Made by a program: the position numbers and the translations under genes. A DNA stretch of 63,614 nt, the filler included, from Reclinomonas americana ATCC 50394 (lineage: Eukaryota): NCBI GenBank assembly GCA_048213135.1. It is 6 parts of 4 records of this genome, joined end to end, with 100 filler letters (N's around TTAATTAATTAA, not from the genome) between each part and the next. Parts side by side here need not be neighbours in the genome. Positions count along the whole stretch, not along the records: positions 27,516 to 31,883 come from PS015330.1; positions 31,984 to 37,771 come from PS015331.1; positions 37,872 to 59,053 come from PS015331.1; 3 more parts are not named here. One strand, written 5' to 3'. Positions 28,171 through 40,179 of this stretch are shown piece by piece. Each line of letters begins with the position of its first letter. The stretch's first letter is position 1. Under the pieces are notes generated by a model, which saw only the letters and a program-made list of their open reading frames with translations, searched no databases and was not told the origin of the DNA.

Positions 28171-28479
28171 ATGCGCGTGGAAGAGCTCTGTTGCATACCC
28201 GCACACTCCGATCGTGTGTGGCACGTGTGCTTCTCACACGATGGAGCGCTGATGGCCACTGCTGGTGCAGACAAGTCGGTGAGCAAAAGAGGAAAGAGAG
28301 AGAGAGAGTGTGTGAGAGAGACTGAGAGTGAGTGAGTGTGTGTGAGAGAGAGAGAGAGAAAGAGAGTGAGTGAGCGAAAGGATGAGAGAATGTGTGAGTG
28401 CATGAGAGAGAGAGGGGAATGCACGCGTGTGACTGAGGATGGTGCGTGAGTGAATGAGTGAGAGAATGAGAGTGAGTGC

Positions 28480-28512
<33 letters not shown>

Positions 28513-29949
28513 TGTGAGTGAGTGAGTGATCGACCTGCTGTGTGAGACTGGGAGAGACAGACAGCGAGAGAGCAAGAGATAGAGACAGGCAATGGGCAGG
28601 TGTCTGTGTGTGTGAGAGGAATAGATTGCTGTCTCGGTATCTCATTCGCCTTCCTTCTCCCTCCTCTCTCCCTCCCTCTCCCCCTCACCTCTCTCCCCCT
28701 CCCAGGTCCGCCTCTGGAAACCCTCCAGCCCCGCCCTCCACCCCTGGCAACGCGTGGAAGCCGCCTCCGACCCTCTCACCGGCCAGCACTCACGCACCGT
28801 GCGCTGCTGCGAGTTCTCTCCGTGCGGGCGCTTCTTGGCCTGCGGGTCGTTCGATGCCACGGCGACGGTGTGGCGGCGGGAGAAGGGCAGTGCGGAGGGG
28901 TGAGTTGCAGAGGGGAAGGGAGGGAGAAGGGAGGCAGAGAGGGAAGGATGGAAGGATGGAATGAAGGAGGGAGGAGGTGGGGAGAGAGGAGGAAGGGAGA
29001 GAGGAATATAGAGGGAAAGAAAAAGAAGGAGTGCTGTCTGCTTCTCTCTCCCCTCCCTTAACCCTTTCCCCCTTTCCCCCCTTTCCCTTTCGCCCCCTTC
29101 CCCCTCTTCCAGCTTCGAACCCATGGCCACCCTTGAAGGCCACGAACACGAAATCAAACGCCTCGCCTGGGACTCCTCCGGCCAGTGGCTCGCCACCTGC
29201 AGCCGCGACAAGAGCGTGTGGATCTGGGAATGTTGCGTCTCTTTACCTCCCCTTTTTCTCTCCCTTCTGTTCTCGCCTCAACCCCTTTGCCCCCTCCCTC
29301 AGTGGAGGGCGACGACGACTTTGCCTGCGCGGGCGTGCTGACGGGCCACACCCAAGACGTCAAGTGCGTGCGATGGCGACCGCACCACCCCGGCTCCCTC
29401 GCCTCCGCCTCCTACGACGACCACATTCGCGTGTGGGACTTCGACGGCGACGACTGGCACAGCACGCAGACGCTGGTCGGGCACACCAGCACCGTGTGGG
29501 GCATTGATTTCAGCCCCGACGGCCGCCGCCTCGTTTCCTGCAGCGACGATCGCACGGTGATTCTGTGGGAGGATGCTTCTGCGGGGGTGGAAGGGGGTGG
29601 CGGTGCGCCACGCTGGCGCAACGTGTACACGCTCAGCGGGTTCTGCCAGCGGCCGCTGTACTCGATCGACTGGTGCACCACGGATCCGTCGCTGGTCGCC
29701 GTGGCGTGCGGCGACAACTCCGTGTACGTGCTGCGCGTGTCGCAGAGCGAGGTGGAGGAGGGCGGGGAGGCGCGGCTGCTGGTGGAGGCGCGCGTGGCCG
29801 AGGCGCACACGACGGATGTGAATGCGGTGCGGTGGCATCCGACGGAGCGCGGCCTGCTTGCCTCGTGTGCGGATGATGGGGTGGTGAAGTTGTGGAGGGT
29901 GGGGGGAGGGGAAGAGGAAGATGAAGGGGAGGATGTGCCCATGATGTGA
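28171..29949 (+). CDS. CIAO1: Cytosolic iron-sulfur assembly WD40 protein CIA1/CIAO1
   Basis: Four exons: [14 protein letters not shown]..., [40 protein letters not shown]...[49 protein letters not shown]...LLASCADDG. Confidence 0.95.
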
Positions 29950-30228
29950 CGAGGGGGCAAAGGGGGTAGAAGGGGAAGGGTGGTGAAGAGTGAATGCGGG
30001 TTTTAGTTTCAGTTGTTTGTTTAGAACACGGATTGGATTCTGTCGAGACGTGGTCGTTGCGTTGGGTTCATGCATGGGTCTGCAATTCTCTGTTGCGCTG
30101 TGCCTGTGGCGTTTGTGCTTGTGAATGAGCACGGACGCCATTTGGGTTGTCCGCAGATGGAACTCAACAGAGAGAGAGAGAGAAAGAAAGAGAGAGAGCG
30201 ATGCAATCAGTTGCAAACGTCTTGGCCT

Positions 30229-31147
30229 AGCTCGTGCATAGTCTCATCGTCCATAAGCGCCACAAGCTTGACGAGCTGCAAAGCTAGTGTTGCTGAACCG
30301 TATTGTAGACCGTTTGCTGTAGAAGAAGGCGGGAAACATCGCATTGTCCCTTCCCATCTCTCTGCGAGAGAGAGTCTCTCCCTTGTGCTCCTCTCCGCCT
30401 ATCATGGACTTCTTCCGGAAGATGATCTCGCCTCTGCGCAAGACGCGCGAGGAACGCGAGGCGATGGATCAGTATCGGCAAGACTATGCGGCAGTCGCGC
30501 AAATGTATCAGCGACTGAAGGATATGGATGTGCAGGCAAAGGGATGGGCGAAGGGAAGAGGAGAGAGGAAGTGGAAAGAAAGATGGTTTGCTGTGTGCTT
30601 GAGTCTTTTCTCTGTGTCAAAGCGCTTGTTTTCTTTCGCACTGTGCTTGTCTTTGCAATCCTTCTCTGCTATCGGCACTGGATTTGTGGGCATTTGTCGT
30701 ATTATTGCAATGTGTTGAATGAAGTGTTACGTTTGTTTTTGTTTGCATGTGGAGGGAACTTGGGAGACTGCAAACGCAAGCATGCGTATTTGTATTTTGC
30801 ACATGTTCCAGTCAAGAACTCAATTACAAAAGCCTGCTATCTCAGCTCATGCGCGGTTTCTGCGGCCGTTAGCGCCACAAGATTGACGAATTGCTTTGCT
30901 GGCGGTCGAGAAGCGTATTGTAGACCGTTTGCTGTAGAAGAAGGCGGGAAACAACGCATTGTCCACACCTTCCCTCTGTGAGAGAGAGCCTTCTGCGCTC
31001 TCCTCTTGCCTCTCCCTCAGTCATGGACTTCTTCCGGAAGATGATCTCGCCTCTGCGCAAGACGCGCGAGGAACGCGAGGCGATGGATCAGTATCGGCAA
31101 GACTATGCGGCAGTCGCGCAAATGTATCAGCGACTGAAGGATATGGA
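30229..31147 (+). repeat. Direct duplication (~300 bp, offset ~615-619 bp) of a promoter plus the start of a first exon
   Basis: 30404-30528 is identical to 31023-31147 (MDFFRKMISPLRKTREEREAMDQYRQDYAAVAQMYQRLKDM); the upstream parts are similar but diverged. Confidence 0.9.
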
Positions 31148-31178
31148 GAATGCGCGCCCGGAGGCCGATGATATGACG
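31023..31178 (+). CDS. First exon of a gene; plausibly the 5' end of the downstream C2/MUN gene
   Basis: ATG at 31023 and donor GTGTGT after EADDMT. The link across the 31928 linker is inferred only. Confidence 0.55.
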
Positions 31179-31983
31179 GTGTGTGTGTGTGCGTGTGTGT
31201 GGGAGGAGGAGGGGAGGAGAAGGGGAGGAGAAGTGGAGGAGAAGGGGAGGAGAAGGGGAGGAGAAGGAATGGGGAAGTAAGGATAAGTGTGTTTGTGACT
31301 GTGTGTCTGTGTGCTTGTGTGCTTGAGTGTGTGAGAGAGAGAGAGAGAGAGGGAGAAAAAGAGAGAGTGTGTGTGTGTGAATGTGTGTCTGTGTGCTTGT
31401 GTGCTTGTGTGTGTGTGCTGCCTGTGTTCGCCTTTCTTGTCTCTTCTCTCTCACTCTCTGCTTGTGCGCGTATGTGACTGTGTGTGACTGACAAGACAAA
31501 AGTGCGCAGACTCTGTGTTCGTCTCTCACACTCTGCACACTCTGCACACTCTTACACTCTCTCACGCACACATTCCTCTCTCTCACTCACTCTCTCTCAC
31601 TCACTCTCTCTCACTCTCTCTCTCTCACTCGCTCTCTCTTCTTTCTGTCTTGTGTTCTTGAGTGTGAGCGATTGAGTGCATTTGTGTGCGTGTTTGTGTG
31701 TGGACATCTCAAGTCATCTGCGCACACTCTCTCCTCTGTCTCTCTCTCTCGCACACACTCTCTGTCTCTCTCACTCTCACTCTCTCTCTCCTTCTCTCTC
31801 TCATCGCGTTTGTATTCTCACATGCATTTGTGTCTCGCGCGCGCGCGCACAAGTCGTGCTCGTGAGCAGCTGTCTCAGTCGCTNNNNNNNNNNNNNNNNN
31901 NNNNNNNNNNNNNNNNNNNNNNNNNNNTTAATTAATTAANNNNNNNNNNNNNNNNNNNNNNNNNNNNNNNNNNNNNNNNNNNN

Positions 31984-34900
31984 CGACTGGAAAGGTGGTC
32001 GACACTGTGGTTGACACGCTGGCGCTAGTCATCCCCACGCGCCTCAATCCAACTCAAGTGCTGGCGCAGAACGGTTCCTGATTGTGTGAATGGTGCACAG
32101 TCGGCCATTTGGCTCACTGTGAGTGTGTTTGCAGAGCTCGACGCTTTCAAGTACCTTCTCGCTCTCCGCTTGGATCAGTTCGAGAGCCGTCTCCTGTCTC
32201 CTATTCTCGAGGAGACGGGCGGTGTGATGGAGAAACTCGGTCCACGGCAGTTGGAGATCTCTGAGTTCATTCTGCTCGATATTATGTTTAACAGCGGCAA
32301 GCGCCTTTTGCGGCATTTGGGTGCGCATTTTCGTCCTCTCTCTCGCTCTTGAGAGTGCACCTCACGGCTATTGCACAGTGTTCCGGAAGCCTGATCCGCC
32401 GAGCATCGAAGCGATTTTGCGCCGATTCACCGAGTGTCAGCAGAGTGCGCTCAACTTTTGCAACATCGAGGGCGAGAGTTGCGTGGTCGGCCATGTGTAT
32501 ATTCTAGTACAAGGGGGGCCGCCTCTCTCATCTCACATGCCTGGTGTGGAGCAGTGGCGGAAGCTGTCGAGGCGTACGTGTGCCAGGAATTCACCACCAT
32601 TCTCAAGCGCGCAATCGTGAAAGACAAGGACAAGGCACCCGACGAGGTCGTTCTGAACTCGGGGCGCGTGATCCTGATCGATCTCTTGCTCAGGTTTGTG
32701 TGTGTCTGTGTGTGGGGTAGCGTGTGTGTGGAGTGGTTCTCATCTTATGAGTGTCGCAGACATGCCTTGCGATTGGAGGACCGACAGGCGCGCTCCTTGC
32801 GCATGACGGCACGCACGTGTGCCAATCCTGATGTTGCGTTGCTGCGCCATGCACAATAACGCATGTGTGTGCCATTGTCTCATATATTGTGGTGGGGCAC
32901 AGCACTTGATGATCCAGCTGGCCATCAACTTGGAACAAATCATTTCACAAAAACCAGTGTACACGTCGCGATTTAGAGTTGCGTGTGCGCGAGTTGCTTG
33001 GTGCCACTATGGTTCGCACTCATTCATCATTCTCTCGCTTTCGTCAGTCGGAGGAGGAGTTGTGGCGAATGAAGCCGCTGCAAGAGGAGGAGTACCGCGG
33101 CTATACCGACTTTGTGAAGACCCAGTTTCAGCACGAGAGTGTTGCGTCGATCCACATACACCCACACACAGCATTGTGACTCTGGTTGAGCTTTTGCTGA
33201 CATGTGCGACTCATGCAGACTGGTGGAGCCATCGGCCGTCTGTACGTCAAGGGTGCGTGTCGCTGTTGTGGCCTCACTCCCACACTTCGTTCACTCAAAC
33301 ACCATTTCCTTTTGTCGCAGTGTCAAGCGCAGCCAATCTCGTCCCCAAGGGCCTCATCAGCCGCAAGTCGAACCCCTACGTGACCATCACCATCGGTGAC
33401 GAGACCGTCAAGACAGCCGTGGTCAGGAACAACCTCGATCCCGTGTGGGGCGAGGAGTTCATTCTGTGAGTTGCTTCCATGCGCGATTCAATCGTCGCCT
33501 CGCCTTCTCACCATCGTGCCTGTGAGCAGCAAGTGCCGACGAGTGTTTAGCGCAGACGAACCGGTGCTCATTGAAGTGTGGGACTGGGATCGTTTTCTGA
33601 TGCGCGAGTTCGAGGGCCAAGTCTCGTTCACGGTTCGGCACTGCGCTGTTGTCTCCTCGTGCATTCGTGTGCTGATGACAGTCGGTCTGCTTTCGGTCGC
33701 AGCTCGCCGAGATTGAGAACATGCAGAGCGAGTACGGTGGCTGCGTGGACGACACATTTGCACTCCAAGGCAGACCAAACTCCACAGCCAAGATTCAGTT
33801 GCGTGCACCGTCACCGTCACCGCCATTGCCTTTGCCATTCTCTCTGATCACCTCCTCTGTGTGGCACCGCAGTGGCACCATCTCGTTGCAGTTGGCCTTT
33901 GAACGACTAGACGTCCGCAACTCTGACATGCTGCTGTCGGAGCTGGGCGAGGCCGAGCGGCTGCAAAAGGTGCTGACACGCGCCGTGCTGCAGCAGGCGG
34001 NNNNNNNNNNNNNNNNNNNNNNNNNNNNNNNNNNNNNNNNNNNNNNNNNNNNNNNNNNNNNNNNNNNNNNNNNNNNNNNNNNNNNNNNNNNNNNNNNNNN
34101 NNNNNNNNNNNNNNNNNNNNNNNNNNNNNNNNNNNNNNNNNNNNNNNNNNNNNNNNNNNNNNNNNNNNNNNNNNNNNNNNNNNNNNNNNNNNNNNNNNNN
34201 NNNNNNNNNNNNNNNNNNNNNNNNNNNNNNNNNNNNNNNNNNNNNNNNNNNNNNNNNNNNNNNNNNNNNNNNNNNNNNNNNNNNNNNNNNNNNNNNNNNN
34301 NNNNNNNNNNNNNNNNNNNNNNNNNNNNNNNNNNNNNNNNNNNNNNNNNNNNNNNNNNNNNNNNNNNNNNNNNNNNNNNNNNNNNNNNNNNNNNNNNNNN
34401 NNNNNNNNNNNNNNNNNNNNNNNNNNNNNNNNNNNNNNNNNNNNNNNNNCTCGCGAGTCGTTTGCCAGTGTGTGGGGACCCGAGGATTACCGCATGCTGT
34501 TCGACAATTACGATTTGCGCTTCAACGTGCTGGCCTTCTCACGCTACGTGTCGGCCATCGAAGTGCTGTGCGAGCTGACGGAACGCAGCGGCAGCACGGC
34601 GCTGCAGATGCCTGTCTTGTTTGCCGCCGATGCACTGGTGGCCGACTATCGCGAGACGCGTATGCGTATCATGGTGCCGCCGCCGGAGGCTTCAGTGGAG
34701 GCCTTTGTGGAGGGCGTCAAGGTGTTTGTGCTCGACTTTCTCGGCGACACGGTGGCGCACTATCACGAGAACTACCCCGAGAATCAACCGCCGGGACACC
34801 TGTCGACAGTGCTCGGTGTCATTTACAATGCCATCACGCTCGACGACTTGCGGTTGCACTTTGCGGATCGTGCCGAGGAGTTTGGCAACTTTGATCCNNN

Positions 34901-37900
34901 NNNNNNNNNNNNNNNNNNNNNNNNNNNNNNNNNNNNNNNNNNNNNNNNNNNNNNNNNNNNNNNNNNNNNNNNNNNNNNNNNNNNNNNNNNNNNNNNNNNN
35001 NNNNNNNNNNNNNNNNNNNNNNNNNNNNNNNNNNNNNNNNNNNNNNNNNNNNNNNNNNNNNNNNNNNNNNNNNNNNNNNNNNNNNNNNNNNNNNNNNNNN
35101 NNNNNNNNNNNNNNNNNNNNNNNNNNNNNNNNNNNNNNNNNNNNNNNNNNNNNNNNNNNNNNNNNNNNNNNNNNNNNNNNNNNNNNNNNNNNNNNNNNNN
35201 NNNNNNNNNNNNNNNNNNNNNNNNNNNNNNNNNNNNNNNNNNNNNNNNNNNNNNNNNNNNNNNNNNNNNNNNNNNNNNNNNNNNNNNNNNNNNNNNNNNN
35301 NNNNNNNNNNNNNNNNNNNNNNNNNNNNNNNNNNNNNNNNNNNNNNNNNNNNNNNNNNNNNNNNNNNNNNNNNNNNNNNNNNNNNNNNNNNNNNNNNNNN
35401 NNNNNNNNNNNNNNNNNNNNNNNNNNNNNNNNNNNNNNNNNNNNNNNNNNNNNNNNNNNNNNNNNNNNNNNNNNNNNNNNNNNNNNNNNNNNNNNNNNNN
35501 NNNNNNNNNNNNNNNNNNNNNNNNNNNNNNNNNNNNNNNNNNNNNNNNNNNNNNNNNNNNNNNNNNNNNNNNNNNNNNNNNNNNNNNNNNNNNNNNNNNN
35601 NNNNNNNNNNNNNNNTGGTGCGCCGTCCTCTCCAGGAGCACACGAGTCGATGCAAGTGAGCTCACACTCTCCCTCTGTTCTTGTTGCAGAAACGTATCTA
35701 GAGAATCGCATCCGTGGAGCCACCCGCGCACGTGCCATCCAGTGGCTGCGAGAAACGCCACGTGCGCCGCCGACACAAGTGGCGGAGACCATCGACGCTG
35801 ATGTGTTCGCCTCGGCTGCCAGCGACGTGGCTTCGACGATTGGCCGCTCTCCACCGCGTGCTCCACCCGCCGCTGTCGCAACAGCAGCAGCGGCGTCACC
35901 ACCGGCCACTGTTGCGGCCGGCTCTGCTGGTACTGCTGCGGCGGTTATCGTCCCCACTGACGATCACGGAGCGTTGTACACTGGTCATCAGCTGTGCGCC
36001 CTCGCTCTCGGTGCGCAGAAAGCAGTGGAGACCGACATCAACTGCTTCACCTATGATTTTACACTGTCGGAGCCACTGGAGGACATCACCTCGGAGATCT
36101 ACTACCGCACGCTGGCGTTTGAGATCCTGCGGTCGATTCCACCGACGCTGACACCCGACACCTACGACCCGACCTTTATCATGCTGTACACGGTGATGCA
36201 TCGGCTGCACCGCAACTGGGGTCCGCTCCTCGGTGAAAAGTTGCGTAGAGGCGACGTGCTGTTGCTGCTTTTTTTGGATTCGCATTCACACGGCATGGCA
36301 GAGTCAACTTCATTCCGCTCGGCGTGGTGTTCAAGCCGTACATTGACGTGTGGGCCATGTATGCCATTCGACTGCTCGAGACGTGTGTGGAGCGCGCGGT
36401 GGCTGCGGAAGACTGGGTGCCGCTGTCGTCGCCCAGTGTGTTGCACTCGAGCTCGGTGGTGCACATTTTCTCGTTCAGCGAGGCCACCATCCAAAAGGTC
36501 AACGAGCTCATCGACCCCGACGACGCCAACATGATTGGCCTCCGTTTCACCATCGTCAACGCCATTTGCTGCAACGTCACCCGTTACACGAGTCAGATCG
36601 AGGAGCTCTTCTGCGAGCAGATGCAGCAGTTGCAGCGTGACGCCGTCAAGGCGGTGGAACGAGCGCAACGCAACCTCAGCAATCCGTCCTTGACGACTGC
36701 CGAGGTCGTCAACGGGCGCATGTGCGTCATGCTGAACAACATCGAGGCTACCCAGCTCAAACTGCAAGAGTTCTTCTTCAAGGACCACTTTGACTTGTGC
36801 GAGGAACCGGATGTGGAGGCGCTGGTCAAGCAGTGCGGCAACTCATTGCGAAGGACCGGTGCCTCCATGTATCAGGCCATCTGCGACCGCATGCACGAGC
36901 TGCTGCGTCCGGCACTTCACAGCGTCATCGGCGTCGAATACAGCGCACAGGAAAAGTTTGTGCGCTCGGTGGCCGGCAAGGTGTGGAGCCTGCTGACGTT
37001 CCGCTCGGCGGCCAAGAGTTGCGTCTCTTGGCTTGGGTGCCTGCCTGAGTGTGTGAAATCCTGCGTCGCTGATCGTTGGTGCAGTGTCCAACTCGTCCAC
37101 CATCTCGGCCACGCTGCAACCGGTGTTTGACTACATCGAGAGTCAATGGGTACGTGCATCATGACACTGCTCGACGACAAAAATCGCATCGTGGCTCACT
37201 CCGACGCTCGCGCAGACTATCATGTGCGAACAGTGCTACGGCAACACATTCATTCAGTTCTTGAGATATCTGTGGAACAGTCTCTTCAAGGTCGGTGCCC
37301 CTATTCCTCGCTCATCTCACTCTTACGTGCGATACTCAACTGCTCTCCCTCCCCACACACGTAGTCTGTGGAGGACATCATCTACGAGCCGCGTGTCAAG
37401 CAGTTGGAGATGCGACAGCTGAGCATGGCCTTCTCCATCTTGCACGAGACGCTGGCTTTCATGTTTGTCGGCGACCAGGACAAGGAGGCGGTGGCCATGT
37501 TTGCCGAGTTCAGCGAACGTGTGCTTCAGTTGCAGGCCATGGTGCTGCCGCACTTCCACGCAAGTGTCCGTGACATTATTCGAGCAATCGAATCGACACG
37601 AGACCTTGCGGAGCAGCAGCAACTGCTCCGCGTCCTCCGCACACGCCGTGGCGATCGCGACGCCGAGCGTGTTGTGGAGCAGCTGCGGTCGCACCCAAGC
37701 GGTGTGCTGCTGGACTCGGCCACGCTGACGCGCCTGCTCCAGCAACCACCACCATCGGCCTTGCCGAACACNNNNNNNNNNNNNNNNNNNNNNNNNNNNN
37801 NNNNNNNNNNNNNNNTTAATTAATTAANNNNNNNNNNNNNNNNNNNNNNNNNNNNNNNNNNNNNNNNNNNNTCTTTACCGCCTTCTCACGTGCCTCTCTG

Positions 37901-38289
37901 TCCCCGCACCAGTCGACGTACCATCGGCGCACTCGTCGTTCGACAGCACGTCAGGAATCGGTGGCGGCACTGGTGGTGGTCGGCAGCGCTCTCGCTCCGT
38001 GGCCACCACACCAACCGGGCGCACGTCTGAACCTCCCACCCCCAGCAACAGTGCTCCCGTGGAAGCGCCAGCTCTGCTTGTTGCACGACCGCGGCGGGCC
38101 ACACAAGTTCGCAACAGCATTGGCGCGCCGCCGCTCGGATCGTCGCCGCAGCACTTGTCGGTGGACTCGCTGGTGGCACCAGTGACGATGCTTGGCACCG
38201 AGCACCGACGGCACAACACGCTGCCTGAGGAAGCCGCTGCCGACGCCGCGCAGGCCGCAGGCCGCGACTCGGCATCGCCACCACAGTAA
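31984..38289 (+). CDS. C2 + MUN (Munc13 homology MHD1/MHD2) domain protein, UNC13/BAIAP3/PATROL1 family
   Basis: C2: GRLYVKVSSAANLVPK...SNPYVTI...KTAVVRNNLDPVWGEEF...IEVWDWDR. MHD1-like: VERAVAAEDWVP...HSSSVVHIF and MCVMLNNIE. MHD2-like: LQPVFDYIE. The S/P-rich tail after the 37816 linker is assigned by inference. Confidence 0.8.
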
Positions 38290-38382
38290 TTTGAGCATGT
38301 GCTCTGTGTGTGTGTTTGACAAAAGGAATGGAACCAGCATGGTGGGTTGTTTCTGTTCTCGTATACACTTTTAAAGAAAATC

Positions 38383-40050
38383 CTATCGCCGTGGTTGTGA
38401 GGGCGCCGGTGGTGGTGGCGTCCGACCGGCGGCGCCTGTACCTGGCGGTGAGCGCATGCCGTTGGGGTTGCCGGGCTGTGGTGGTNNNNNNNNNNNNNNN
38501 NNNNNNNNNNNNNNNNNNNNNNNNNNNNNNNNNNNNNNNNNNNNNNNNNNNNNNNNNNNNNNNNNNNNNNNNNNNNNNNNNNNNNNNNNNNNNNNNNNNN
38601 NNNNNNNNNNNNNNNNNNNNNNNNNNNNNNNNNNNNNNNNNNNNNNNNNNNNNNNNNNNNNNNNNNNNNNNNNNNNNNNNNNNNNNNNNNNNNNNNNNNN
38701 NNNNNNNNNNNNNNNNNNNNNNNNNNNNNNNNNNNNNNNNNNNNNNNNNNNNNNNNNNNNNNNNNNNNNNNNNNNNNNNNNNNNNNNNNNNNNNNNNNNN
38801 NNNNNNNNNNNNNNNNNNNNNNNNNNNNNNNNNNNNNNNNNNNNNNNNNNNNNNNNNNNNNNNNNNNNNNNNNNNNNNNNNNNNNNNNNNNNNNNNNNNN
38901 NNNNNNNNNNNNNNNNNNNNNNNNNNNNNNNNNNNNNNNNNNNNNNNNNNNNNNNNNNNNNNNNNNNNNNNNNNNNNNNNNNNNNNNNNNNNNNNNNNNN
39001 NNNNNNNNNNNNNNNNNNNNNNNNNNNNNNNNNNNNNNNNNNNNNNNNNNNNNNNNNNNNNNNNNNNNNNNNNNNNNNNNNNNNNNNNNNNNNNNNNNNN
39101 NNNNNNNNNNNNNNNNNNNNNNNNNNNNNNNNNNNNNNNNNNNNNGGATGAAGGTGGGGAGAAGAAACCCCAACGCACCGCCGGCAGGCAACTGCTCCAT
39201 CGACCTCCTGTCCATCGACCTCCTCGGCGACGGAGCACGACGTTGTCCCCCGCCAGGCACCGCCAGCGCCGCCTCCCGCTGCGCACGACGCGCCTCCCTC
39301 TCCTCCTCCTCTCGCAACTGCGCAGCCACCGCCTGCCCGATTTGCATCTCCGTGGCCACACCAGGAATGGACAGAGGCGAGTCGTTGTCACCGCAGCAAC
39401 AGAAGCGCTTCAGCTTGCGCATGCGGATACGATCTGTGCACCGCGTGAGAGAGAGACGAGTGAGCGTGAGGGTCCGCACGACCCTCGCGTGCATGTATGC
39501 CGCAACGTCTCATGCGGAACGTCCAGCAGCACATATCCGACGAGGGTGCATGATACGCGAATTTCTCGAGGAACTGATCGCCATCGTCGCCCGAGCAGTA
39601 GTTGATGCCATAGACTCCATTCTCGCCCTCCAACGTGTGGAACCATCGCTGTCGCGGCACCAGCTCCATATCCACATAGATCTCCTGTCGAAAGCACGAT
39701 GACAAGGTCTGCGCAGTGGAGACACGGAATGAGCGCGAAATAAATTGTGATTATCCACATGCACGCTCGAGCACACCTCCACATCAAACAGCTCGAAATA
39801 CAGCGCGCCCAGGTCGGTGTCGAAGGAGAGCAGGAGGAAGCCGAGTAGTGGCTCTGACCATTCCGCTCGCGCAAAGCCGCAGTGCACCAGTTGCACCACG
39901 GCCACGCACTTGACCTGTGAGTGCATGTGTGCGTGAGAGAGAGAGAAGGGATCGGTGTGAGAGTGCGTGTGCGTGCGTGCTTGACGAAACGTCCACTGAG
40001 CTGGGCAGTTTGGCGACCAGCTGCAGGTATTCGTGCTCTGAGACTGACAT
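38383..40050 (-). CDS. WH1/EVH1 (WASP-type) domain protein with Cys clusters and a Pro-rich tail
   Basis: Spliced: AVVQLVH...EWSEPLLGFLLLSFD...YFELFD...FRQEIYVDM...FHTLEGENGVYGINYCS, matching the WASP WH1 pattern. The middle is lost in an N-gap; the probable end is ...TPPPPAPSQPRR* (TAG 38385-38383). Confidence 0.75.
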
Positions 40051-40179
40051 GACGACGACAATGCGTTCTGTTTTGCCGGTCAGGACAGCATGCATTGTTG
40101 AAGTTTGCGAGTCGCGTGTGTCGACACCAGCGACTGTGTGGCGTGTGCATGCATGCCTCGCAATGCATTCATGTTCACT

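Noticed and set aside
34000..35614. Long ORFs spanning N runs (also 37875-39494, 60059-61520)
   Set aside because: Their length is an artefact of translating unknown bases.
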